Below, one piece after another: positions 44,154 through 52,677 of a stretch of 64,000 nt of DNA (the stretch's first letter is position 1; the number at the start of each line of letters is the position of its first letter). The notes below the pieces were generated by a model. The model worked only from the letters and a program-made list of their open reading frames with translations. It was not told the origin of the DNA and did not search any database. Source of the DNA: a virus; IMG/VR virus record IMGVR_UViG_3300034109_001012; one strand, 5' to 3'. The translations under genes were made by a program, and so were the position numbers.

Positions 44154-44546
44154 TTAAACTAAAGTTTTAACCCGATCATTTTCAATCTTTAGAATCCCTT
44201 GTAATTCATTAAAAGGAATCACACCGCCCGAAGTTTCAAACTGAATCCCCCAATAAAGGGTATCAACTGTTAACGCATTAGTGTCTAACGGCCCTATATC
44301 AAATCGAGCCACAATCCTTTGACTATTACTAGCTTCAGTATCAACAACAATTTGAGTCGGGGTAGTCTTAATAATCTTAGATCGGGAATCATCTAAGTCG
44401 GGCAAAGCAATCAAATCTTTAGCTACGAATTTAAGTTTCCCACCCGTTAACCCCGTCCCTGTTACTGTAACAGTGACGGGGATTGTCCTCTGTCTTTCTA
44501 ATATAAATCCATTTAACGGCGCTCTATCTACAAAAGCATTGATCAT
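44154..44546 (-). CDS. hypothetical structural protein (Ig-like composition)
   Basis: 130-aa ORF in the head-tail block. Confidence 0.4.
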   Translation of the reverse strand: MINAFVDRAPLNGFILERQRTIPVTVTVTGTGLTGGKLKFVAKDLIALPDLDDSRSKIIKTTPTQIVVDTEASNSQRIVARFDIGPLDTNALTVDTLYWGIQFETSGGVIPFNELQGILKIENDRVKTLV

Positions 44547-44561
44547 AATTAATTTTTCTTT

Positions 44562-45119
44562 TTAACTCCAATTAATTTTATCAGCTTGGCAGGGATTCTT
44601 TTGAGCAACAATTGTGGTTTGACGGGTATATGTTCCTGGGGTCAAAACTTTCAACTTAACGCCGGGCAACTTCAAGGTTTGTGTTGGCATCATCGGGTTA
44701 ACCATAGGAGGAGGTAAACCCGGGATGTTGAAATCTAATTGATAACCCGCTACATACTGTCTAAGGGTGTACAAAGCATTCCGGTAAAGGATGGCCCCAA
44801 ATCCCATATCTCCCCCCATTTGTGGGTTTTGCATCTGTTGAAAATGCACCACAGCAAGGGAAGCGACCGTCAAATCCTCAACAATAGAACTAATAATCTG
44901 TAAGGCATCGCGGGCATTTGAAGGTATTGGCAACTCATAAACAAAGTTAAGAATTGAATTTACCTGAGCCTCAATTTGACTGCCTTTTTGATCCAACAAT
45001 TCCATGTCAACTTCCTTGGCCCCGAAGCTAGATCCAAAAGGAACCCCCGACGCATTTGTACCGAGTTCAAGCCTCCCTCTTAATATTCGAGCTATCCGGT
45101 CAGGAGTTGTGTAAATCAT
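44562..45119 (-). CDS. head-tail connector/adaptor candidate
   Basis: 185-aa ORF. The call rests on its position downstream of the capsid gene. Confidence 0.35.
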   Translation of the reverse strand: MIYTTPDRIARILRGRLELGTNASGVPFGSSFGAKEVDMELLDQKGSQIEAQVNSILNFVYELPIPSNARDALQIISSIVEDLTVASLAVVHFQQMQNPQMGGDMGFGAILYRNALYTLRQYVAGYQLDFNIPGLPPPMVNPMMPTQTLKLPGVKLKVLTPGTYTRQTTIVAQKNPCQADKINWS

Positions 45120-45583
45120 TGGATCACAATAGATTCTTTCAATTCATCCCAAGACTTACCTCTAAGGGGGATTCTGGTATCCAAATCCTCAACAGAGGTA
45201 AAAGGTTGTTGATCCCGTGCTTTGTCAAGTTTGGTAGCGATCGCAGCACCAACACCCGGCAATTTAGAAAGCTCGTCAATTGTGGCTTTATTAACATCTG
45301 TTTTGGGTAAGACAGCACCAACAACAACGGTTTCAGTGGGGTAGGCTTTCGGAACTGTACTCGGAGCCTCCACAGAGAAGGAGATGCTATTCTCAACTTT
45401 GACATCTGAATTATTGATGGTTGGAGTTAGCACGGGTTCTTTCACTTCATCCTGTTGGACGATGTCAAGCCGTGCTAACACTTCCTCTGGCAATTCTCCA
45501 GGGTTGTAGATTCGAGGGTGATAGATATTCCCTCGATTGACCGCCATTTTAAGAAGTTTTACAGGTCTAGTGGTATCTATCAT
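45116..45583 (-). CDS. helix-hairpin-helix (ComEA-like) DNA-binding protein
   Basis: VNKATIDELSKLPGVGAAIATKLDKARDQQPFTSVEDL is a ComEA-type HhH motif. Confidence 0.6.
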   Translation of the reverse strand: MIDTTRPVKLLKMAVNRGNIYHPRIYNPGELPEEVLARLDIVQQDEVKEPVLTPTINNSDVKVENSISFSVEAPSTVPKAYPTETVVVGAVLPKTDVNKATIDELSKLPGVGAAIATKLDKARDQQPFTSVEDLDTRIPLRGKSWDELKESIVIQ

Positions 45584-46707
45584 GCGACTGTCCGACCTCC
45601 CAATAAGTCAGGCTGTGGGAAGAAAGGAACCATTTTGCCAACGCAGTAGGAACGGTCACGGGCTGGGGATGTTTGTAATTGTTCGGTTTTGACAAACAGA
45701 CCGGATCTCCCTTCATTTTCAATTGTGGGGCCGAACAATCGCTTACCCATGCCAGAGGTTAGGAAACAGTAAGAGTTATCGTTCAGATAACGCCCTTTCA
45801 CTGTTTGACCGGGTGATGTTTCGATCTCGTATTGGGCATCGTAAATCTCTAATTGAGTTTTGGACATTGCCAACTGAGGTACGAGTTTCATCAAAATCTC
45901 AGGAGAAACGGCACTAGCCACCCCCGCAGCAGGGACATTAGACAGCATCCCAGTAGAGAGTGCCCGGTTGCGGGTCGATTCTTGGCGACTTAAATGGATC
46001 GCCAAACGATTGCTCATCACAATCTTGTCAGGGTAATATCCCTTCTTATCGTAGAAATTGAGCAAATGATCCTCAATATCTTGCAATCCCGTGGCTGTAG
46101 CGTACTGATCCCATCGGGCGGTTCCAGTTAAAGCGGTAGGGTACTGATCGGCTGTAGTGGCATAAGCTAATCTGGCAGTTACACCGGAGCGGGGGTCGGT
46201 ATAGGAGACTTGACCAGACTGTAATACTTGCCAAGTCAGAACGTTTGCAAGTTTGACAACTCTAGGCTGTAGACTGGCAACGGAACCAAACAGCATATCC
46301 ACAAAAGTTTGCGACATATTGCCGGGCATCATCCGTTTAAATTTCAACATTTGCTCTTGTTTCTTTTCGTCCCAGTTATGGGCGATCGCCAGTTTAAAGA
46401 AGTCTCCATCAAACTTAATTAAGCTACCCGCGCCCGTTGAGACAACCTCACCATCGGTAGAAATCACAGAAGCGATTGCTAGGTTTTGTTTAACAAGATA
46501 TGCCAACACATCAGGGTCATCGGAAAACTCAAGGGTGACAAAATCATCCATCAGTTTGTATTGACTAAGAACCCCCGGATCGGGCTTTTTGCCCATCCGT
46601 TGCAGGAGGGATTCTTTATCAGGGTCAACCAGGAATTGAAAAGTATCTTCATACAAAAGTTGAACTTGTGCAGCCGATACAGTATTTAAGAAATCTGCAA
46701 TGTACAT
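45580..46707 (-). CDS. major capsid protein (lambda gpE-like)
   Basis: 375 aa. The C-terminal RYLNDNSYCFL...SPARDRSYCVGKMVPFFPQPDLL resembles, by eye and from memory, the gpE-type C-terminus. The scaffold-decoration-capsid gene order supports the call. Confidence 0.65.
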   Translation of the reverse strand: MYIADFLNTVSAAQVQLLYEDTFQFLVDPDKESLLQRMGKKPDPGVLSQYKLMDDFVTLEFSDDPDVLAYLVKQNLAIASVISTDGEVVSTGAGSLIKFDGDFFKLAIAHNWDEKKQEQMLKFKRMMPGNMSQTFVDMLFGSVASLQPRVVKLANVLTWQVLQSGQVSYTDPRSGVTARLAYATTADQYPTALTGTARWDQYATATGLQDIEDHLLNFYDKKGYYPDKIVMSNRLAIHLSRQESTRNRALSTGMLSNVPAAGVASAVSPEILMKLVPQLAMSKTQLEIYDAQYEIETSPGQTVKGRYLNDNSYCFLTSGMGKRLFGPTIENEGRSGLFVKTEQLQTSPARDRSYCVGKMVPFFPQPDLLGGRTVA

Positions 46708-46723
46708 TAATCAAGTCCCTCCG

Positions 46724-47635
46724 TTAAGGAATAAAGGTTAGTTTTGGCAGTTGGGTTTGAATGTCACCGTCAATGTATGGCAGCGCATTACGGAAGACGA
46801 CACCACCTGAGTACGGAGCGATAAACTGATCACCGTCATAGAGGGAGACAGTGGCATTTAAAACCCCTACAACAACATCCCCAATCGTACCGATCTTGGC
46901 TCCAATTGCCAGAGAAGCGTTACCACCTTGGGGGGTAATGGTTAGGGTTCCGATTGCCGTAGAAACATCAGCAACCGCAGTTCCCAAAGTGCCAGCAACA
47001 CCCTGAGCTACCGTTACAGCCGTTGTGAAAATGATACCTTCTTGATCGGTAGTGAGAGTTAGAACACCGCCCGGAGTAGTCGCGCGGATTTCTTCTAAGG
47101 GAGAAGACCCAGATTGTGCTTTGGTGATAGCAGCCTTTAGACCATCAGCAACATTCTGGCTTGATGCAGCCGTAGCTGTGTAAGAAATGGGAACGCCGTT
47201 AATAGAAACAGTAAAAATATTGCCAACAGCAACCGAGGCAAATGTGACGGTCGTAACCTGTCTTTGATTCAAGGAATCAATACCCGTCACCGTCCCAAAT
47301 ATCGGAGCTGTAGCTGCACGAATAGCGGCTTCTTCTGTGTACCGTGTAGCCCCTGGTGCAGCGATATAACGCAGTACATCCCCGATTTTAAAGACTTGAG
47401 GGCATTCTACAATCACAACCGTTTCACCAGAAACATAGGGAGCAAGAATTTTGGATCTACCCAATGGGCGATGACCGCCCGTAGATTTCTTGGCGAGAAA
47501 AACACCAGCAGGAACCGATTTAGATCCTGCAACAGATGGGATATCCGACTCCTCTAAGCAGCAAGAAAACGCGGCTTCGGTATTAGTATTTACCGCGATA
47601 ATTGGAGGGTCTGAATAAAAACGGGTTACTTTCAT
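46724..47635 (-). CDS. head decoration/cement protein candidate
   Basis: 303 aa, rich in Ala/Thr/Gly/Val. It lies immediately upstream of the capsid gene. Confidence 0.4.
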   Translation of the reverse strand: MKVTRFYSDPPIIAVNTNTEAAFSCCLEESDIPSVAGSKSVPAGVFLAKKSTGGHRPLGRSKILAPYVSGETVVIVECPQVFKIGDVLRYIAAPGATRYTEEAAIRAATAPIFGTVTGIDSLNQRQVTTVTFASVAVGNIFTVSINGVPISYTATAASSQNVADGLKAAITKAQSGSSPLEEIRATTPGGVLTLTTDQEGIIFTTAVTVAQGVAGTLGTAVADVSTAIGTLTITPQGGNASLAIGAKIGTIGDVVVGVLNATVSLYDGDQFIAPYSGGVVFRNALPYIDGDIQTQLPKLTFIP

Positions 47636-47644
47636 TTTTTCTCC

Positions 47645-48619
47645 TTAAACATATCCATTACGGGTGCGGAATGACTGAATAGATTGCACATCTTCATGGG
47701 AGAAGTTGGTATCAATCGGGTCATTAGCCATTTGTCCAAATATTGCCATTGATGGGCGATTAGAAGCCCAATATAAGCAATATTGAATTCGGTCTAATTG
47801 TTGACCAATGGGAACATCTAACTGAGCGCAAGCCTGGGAAAAACTGGCAACTCTGTCTTGACCTGTCTCGAAGTCACCAATCAAAAACCGACGATCTGCC
47901 GTTGTGATTTGTCCACTGGAAACGAGTTGATCACATTGGCGTTCTAAGGCTCTCAGGGTTTCACCAATGGCTTGCTGTTCCTTGAGTGCCTCAAATTCGG
48001 CACGGAGTCCGATGTCAGCGCTCATGGTGGCAACGGGTTCAGCATAGATGCCTTCACTCAGGGAGTAGGAGTCATCGGGAGATCCCCCTAACTCAGTAAA
48101 AGCATTCGCAGCTAGATTAATGAAATCGTTGTAATCTTGACCGCCTAACTGAAAAGCGTCTGCTAATTCGGCGGCGGTTTCGGGTTCGATTGCCAGCGTC
48201 CCATCAAACAGGCTAGAAATATCTCGCCCGTCTAATCCGGTGATTTCAGAGACAACAGCAACACCATCATTAACATTATCAAATCTTTGTTCAATCAAAC
48301 CAGCTAAAGCCTGACCAAACCCTTGAGAAAATGAAGCCATAACCCCCATATTTTGGGAGTATTCTTCCATTTCTTCCTCATCTTCCATTCGAGATTCTTC
48401 TACATCAATACCAAAAATTTGATAAAGAGTAGAGGCAAAATCTTCAATTCCTTCAGCAATTACATCATCCATTTCTTCTTCGCCCAAAACTTCCCCATCC
48501 TCTTGATCAAGGGCGGTTTGAGCTAATTCAAGAAATGCCGAAAAGGTTTCTGTTGAGTCGTGAACTTCCTCGAAAGTTGTTGACTCTAAGATTGCCTGAA
48601 TTTGACTGAGTGAATCCAT
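47645..48619 (-). CDS. acidic scaffolding-like protein
   Basis: 324 aa and strongly acidic (EEMDDVIAEGIEDF, EESRMEDEEEMEEY). Confidence 0.45.
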   Translation of the reverse strand: MDSLSQIQAILESTTFEEVHDSTETFSAFLELAQTALDQEDGEVLGEEEMDDVIAEGIEDFASTLYQIFGIDVEESRMEDEEEMEEYSQNMGVMASFSQGFGQALAGLIEQRFDNVNDGVAVVSEITGLDGRDISSLFDGTLAIEPETAAELADAFQLGGQDYNDFINLAANAFTELGGSPDDSYSLSEGIYAEPVATMSADIGLRAEFEALKEQQAIGETLRALERQCDQLVSSGQITTADRRFLIGDFETGQDRVASFSQACAQLDVPIGQQLDRIQYCLYWASNRPSMAIFGQMANDPIDTNFSHEDVQSIQSFRTRNGYV

Positions 48620-48913
48620 CTATTTTCTCCTAACATTTTCAACTACTGTTTTACCATTTTTAGTTCTCCTTCGACGGGAAAACACCTTTCCTCCGTAATA
48701 CCCCGCAGCGACGGCGGGGCTTGTAGCCATAAGTACGCCTTGAGCCAAAGGATTCTTTTTCATAAAATCTCTTTGTTTATGCCTAAACTCTTTATTGCGA
48801 GCATTTAGAGCATACCAAGTCCCATAACCCGCACCACCAACAGCCGCGGCGAGGGTTAAGGCATTAAAAGAAGCCTGTTGTTTATGTCTAATCACCCTCC
48901 GAATAACGATCAT
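48620..48913 (-). CDS. Arg-rich small protein, tandem paralog 3
   Basis: Begins MIVIRRVIRHKQQASF and ends FSRRRRTKNGKTVVENVRRK. Confidence 0.55.
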   Translation of the reverse strand: MIVIRRVIRHKQQASFNALTLAAAVGGAGYGTWYALNARNKEFRHKQRDFMKKNPLAQGVLMATSPAVAAGYYGGKVFSRRRRTKNGKTVVENVRRK

Positions 48914-49203
48914 CTTCTAACGACCTCTGTAACGACTTTGCCGTTTTTGGTTCGCCTAGTTCGGGTATAAGCTACTTTCCCTGATCGGCGTTTCATCTTA
49001 TTAGCTGTTGGCTGCATTATGGAAGCAAGAATATTGGGATCTCGGATATTTTTACCTTGGGATTTAGATAGAGCTAAATCTTTTTGTAGTGATTTCCGAG
49101 CATATTCCGCTTCTCTATTTACCTCACTAATTCGATTAAAAGGGTTAGGGAAACCAAATGAAGCTTGTTGTTTTGATCTGACAACCCTCCGAACAATAAT
49201 CAT
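48910..49203 (-). CDS. Arg-rich small protein, tandem paralog 2
   Basis: Begins MIIVRRVVRSKQQASF and ends YTRTRRTKNGKVVTEVVRR. Confidence 0.55.
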   Translation of the reverse strand: MIIVRRVVRSKQQASFGFPNPFNRISEVNREAEYARKSLQKDLALSKSQGKNIRDPNILASIMQPTANKMKRRSGKVAYTRTRRTKNGKVVTEVVRR

Positions 49204-49697
49204 TAGCGTCTCACTTGTTCAACAATCATTTTTCCAGTTTTACTACGACGACGACGGAGGAAGTAAGCACCAGCACCACCTACAGCCAACAAAGCACCTG
49301 CTCTTCCTGGGTTGGCTTTGATTAAGTCTGCTGCGCTATTCATCAATTCCCCACCTTTTCGCGCACCGAAACGAAGTCCACGCTCTGCGTAACCACCTAA
49401 GCCCCTGGCTCCTGATTTAGCCATACCATAACCACCAATAGCACCGCTTCTAGCTGTCCCATAAAAATCGTTTTTACCAACCCCAAGAACAGCATTTTTA
49501 GCCCGTCTCATGTCTCTTATTGCTTGATGCACTTTCTTGGGCGCGGCGGGAGCCACTCTTTGCTGAGGCTGTGCTGCTCCACCCATCCCATAAGGCATTG
49601 CAAACAAAGCCATTCCCGTTCCTTCATACCGATTATATTTGTCAACTTCCGCCATTGAAAACATAGCTACAGGCGGTTCGTATTGGTAAAAATTCAT
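49203..49697 (-). CDS. Gly/Ala-rich protein with the same Arg-rich C-terminal motif, tandem paralog 1
   Basis: Ends FLRRRRSKTGKMIVEQVRR. Its stop overlaps the next start. Confidence 0.55.
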   Translation of the reverse strand: MNFYQYEPPVAMFSMAEVDKYNRYEGTGMALFAMPYGMGGAAQPQQRVAPAAPKKVHQAIRDMRRAKNAVLGVGKNDFYGTARSGAIGGYGMAKSGARGLGGYAERGLRFGARKGGELMNSAADLIKANPGRAGALLAVGGAGAYFLRRRRSKTGKMIVEQVRR

Positions 49698-49735
49698 TTT
49701 TGTCTCCTTAAATACTTAGTGTGAAAATAACAAAA

Positions 49736-50626
49736 TTATCGGTTCTTTTTCCGTCGTCTTAACCCCGTATCACTAAAATTAGAAGTAGTGTTACTCAGGG
49801 AATAAGTGGCTTGCTGTTTAACTAATTCGTTGGCATAAGGGCTTGAATCATACGGAAGTTCAGGCTCTTGATTCGTTGATTGACTCAGATTATCAAGCCC
49901 AAAATATTGCTTAATTTCTGCCGTAAATTCGTCAATCGCAGTCGATAACAATTGCCCAGGACTAACAGCGATCAATTGTTCTGGAGATGCTTTTTGAATC
50001 CGTTGGATGGTTTGTAATAGGATTTCAAACTCCTCCAGTAGATCCTCTTTCTGTCGCTTAAACGTTCCCTGTTCCTCTTTGACCGAAGCAAAACTCAAGT
50101 CTTGAACAGTAGAAGACGCAGCGAAAAGCGCGGGGCCGTGGATGGCTGGGAAGGCAACGGCGGATACTTCTGCTAATCTTTCAAGTTTTAAATCAACACC
50201 CGGACTTAAAAGATTAATTAGTTTCGACTGAACTTCGTTAACCTTATTAAGAATTTTAGCCTTGGAAAATGCACCAAGTTTTCCGATTAAGTGTTGCATT
50301 TTTGGGTTGGGCAAATCCTCTTGGCGGATAACCCGACACTCGAAAGGACTAACAAAAATCCCAAGTTTCTTGAGTTCACCGTCCGCCCCGATCAATTGCT
50401 TGCTATGATCGGACATGAGTGGAATTTCATAACCTTGAGACATTGCCGCGTTTGTCCTTTGTGCAATTCTCAAGATTCTCTCAGAGGGAAATTCATGCAC
50501 AACCCCTTGGTTGTCTTTATGGGTTCCCTCAATCAAAACCAGAGCGTTTTTAATCAGCTCTCCGGTGGCATTATCCTCAGAAAACTGACACAATCCACCT
50601 ATAGCGTCAAAGCAAGAAACACCCAT
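49736..50626 (-). CDS. prohead protease/scaffold candidate (Mu gpI-like?)
   Basis: 296 aa, first gene of the head operon. LIEGTHKDNQGVVHEF...IPLMSDHS. The call is weak and rests on position. Confidence 0.35.
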   Translation of the reverse strand: MGVSCFDAIGGLCQFSEDNATGELIKNALVLIEGTHKDNQGVVHEFPSERILRIAQRTNAAMSQGYEIPLMSDHSKQLIGADGELKKLGIFVSPFECRVIRQEDLPNPKMQHLIGKLGAFSKAKILNKVNEVQSKLINLLSPGVDLKLERLAEVSAVAFPAIHGPALFAASSTVQDLSFASVKEEQGTFKRQKEDLLEEFEILLQTIQRIQKASPEQLIAVSPGQLLSTAIDEFTAEIKQYFGLDNLSQSTNQEPELPYDSSPYANELVKQQATYSLSNTTSNFSDTGLRRRKKNR

Positions 50627-50642
50627 AGGGAAGGGGTAAATA

Positions 50643-50927
50643 ATGGGTCAATTACAATACTATTCTGTTAACTCAAATTCTAGTAAAAAGTATCCCAATT
50701 CAGGATATTTAGACAGCATCGGATTAAGGTTAAAGAAACTAAGGGAAGATAGGAATATGACTCAGCTTGAACTGGGGGAGTTACTTAACTACAGGCAACA
50801 TTCTATAAGCAGAAAAGAATCCGGTGTATCACAAATATCAAGTATTGAGGTGGTCAATATTTCCAGGGTTTTAAGTTTAACCACGTCTGAATTAATTTAT
50901 TTATTATTGGGGGTCGATAATGGTTGA
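50643..50927 (+). CDS. XRE-family HTH protein
   Basis: LKKLREDRNMTQLELGELLNYRQHSISRKESGVSQIS is a canonical Cro/C1-type HTH. Its stop overlaps the portal ATG (ATGGTTGA). Confidence 0.7.
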   Translation: MGQLQYYSVNSNSSKKYPNSGYLDSIGLRLKKLREDRNMTQLELGELLNYRQHSISRKESGVSQISSIEVVNISRVLSLTTSELIYLLLGVDNG

Positions 50928-52305
50928 AAAATTAAGTTACCTTCCGGGTCAAATATCACCCAGTCTTGATAATTTAATCTGGGATTTTGTCTCTAGTTTG
51001 GACACTAGGGGAAAATACCCAATTAAAGATTTAGCTGCAATGCTCAAAGCTGATCCAATATCGGGCGCGGCTTTGACTGTTAAGGCATCAAGAGCAATCG
51101 CGTTAACCGGAATGTTTAAGCATGGCAATAATGAGGTTGCTAGTTTTCCCTCTGGCAAATTTACTCCAGTTGAATTTATTAATTCCTGTTGGGAGTTGAT
51201 GGATGGATCGCTGTCTGATGTGATCCTTCAGATGTCTAAACAAGCTTATGGCTTGGGTCGGAGCGTTGCTGAGATTGTGTTTAGTACGGAGATGGAGGGA
51301 CACAAGGGAGAATTAAGGATTAAACGATTCAATATTTTAGAGCCTAGTCGGATTAAGTTTGCAGGGAAATCCGGTCAGATAGATCGGATAATTTATTCGT
51401 CAAGCAAGGGGGAGGTCGGGATTCCTTATTCTAAATGTTTGCACATCTCAAATACCCCAATTGACAGCAACGATCCAAACGGCGACCCACAATCCGCGGC
51501 AGCCTATCCTTTTTGGGAATTTCATAAGTTGTTGATGCGGGAATGGTCTGTAGCTTGTCAACGGCAAGCGACAGGATTGACCATCGTACAGGTTCCGTCA
51601 ACTGAACCGATCCCTATGATGGACGCGAACGGCAAGCCCATTCTTGATGAATATGGACAAACCAAAAACACATCGGCATTAGCTCAGGCTTTAGATCAAT
51701 TAAAAGATTTAGCCAACGGGTCGATTGTTGGAACTGACAAAAACAACACCATCACCACGATTCCACAAACCGGAGGAGAAGGGTTTTTTAATTTAACTTC
51801 TGAGAAATTAGATAAATATAGGTGGTTGGCTTATGGAATCCCCTATACAATCTTTAATGAAGGCACTGCTACACTCGGACAGGCTGGCTTGAACTCAGGG
51901 CATAGATTGATTTTAGATGGCTTAATTGAGGAAATAGCTAGGCAGTTTAGGGATAGATTAATTAATAATGTTTGTCGCCCTTTATTGATGTGGAATTTTG
52001 GAATACAAGATAATTATGGAACATTTGAATCAGAACAATTCTTAGATCCCGCACAGTCGGGAATGCGAGTTTCTAATATTATGACCTGTATTCAAACTGG
52101 ATTATTTAATCCCACTGATTTAGAGGCGTTAAATCAACTCAGGAAAGATTTAGGATTAAGTCAAAGAAGACAGGAGGATTTCAACCAAGAATTAATCGAA
52201 AAAATTATGGCAGCAGAACAGCAAAAACAAGCGCAAGCACAAGCTGAATCGGCAACAGCGGAAAAAACAGAGGAGAAAACAGAGGAGGATAACCCGTATT
52301 TATAA
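50920..52305 (+). CDS. portal protein candidate
   Basis: 461 aa with an acidic C-terminal tail. It is the only portal-sized ORF next to the head operon. No motif confirmed. Confidence 0.5.
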   Translation: MVEKLSYLPGQISPSLDNLIWDFVSSLDTRGKYPIKDLAAMLKADPISGAALTVKASRAIALTGMFKHGNNEVASFPSGKFTPVEFINSCWELMDGSLSDVILQMSKQAYGLGRSVAEIVFSTEMEGHKGELRIKRFNILEPSRIKFAGKSGQIDRIIYSSSKGEVGIPYSKCLHISNTPIDSNDPNGDPQSAAAYPFWEFHKLLMREWSVACQRQATGLTIVQVPSTEPIPMMDANGKPILDEYGQTKNTSALAQALDQLKDLANGSIVGTDKNNTITTIPQTGGEGFFNLTSEKLDKYRWLAYGIPYTIFNEGTATLGQAGLNSGHRLILDGLIEEIARQFRDRLINNVCRPLLMWNFGIQDNYGTFESEQFLDPAQSGMRVSNIMTCIQTGLFNPTDLEALNQLRKDLGLSQRRQEDFNQELIEKIMAAEQQKQAQAQAESATAEKTEEKTEEDNPYL

Positions 52306-52677
52306 CTTTCCGGTGTAACCAATTTTAATCTCAATCTCAATTTTTCTGCTATCTGTAGAATGGGGTGTTTGGGACACATTAATTTCCGATCTTGAATTGA
52401 CAACCTGACTAGGGGAACCAGAAAAAGCACCCCAATCACACCCATTGATAGGCTCGGATAATCTAACTAAGCTAACGTTATTTGATCCTACTTGAATAGG
52501 ATTAAAAGCAAAAGCTCTAATCACTGAAGGAAACCCCGGAATAGACATATTTAATTGAACAGCTACGGATTGACCTTGAGGCTTTGATTGTCTGGCTGAT
52601 CCTTTTTGAATAGGGGATTGAGATTTAATAATATTTGCTAGAGTTTGACTTAAACCACTTTCTGTGACAATTTTCAT
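52300..52677 (-). CDS. hypothetical protein
   Basis: 125-aa ORF that exactly fills the gap between two plus-strand genes. Its ATG overlaps the ATG at 52676 of the divergent gene in a CATG. Confidence 0.4.
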   Translation of the reverse strand: MKIVTESGLSQTLANIIKSQSPIQKGSARQSKPQGQSVAVQLNMSIPGFPSVIRAFAFNPIQVGSNNVSLVRLSEPINGCDWGAFSGSPSQVVNSRSEINVSQTPHSTDSRKIEIEIKIGYTGKL

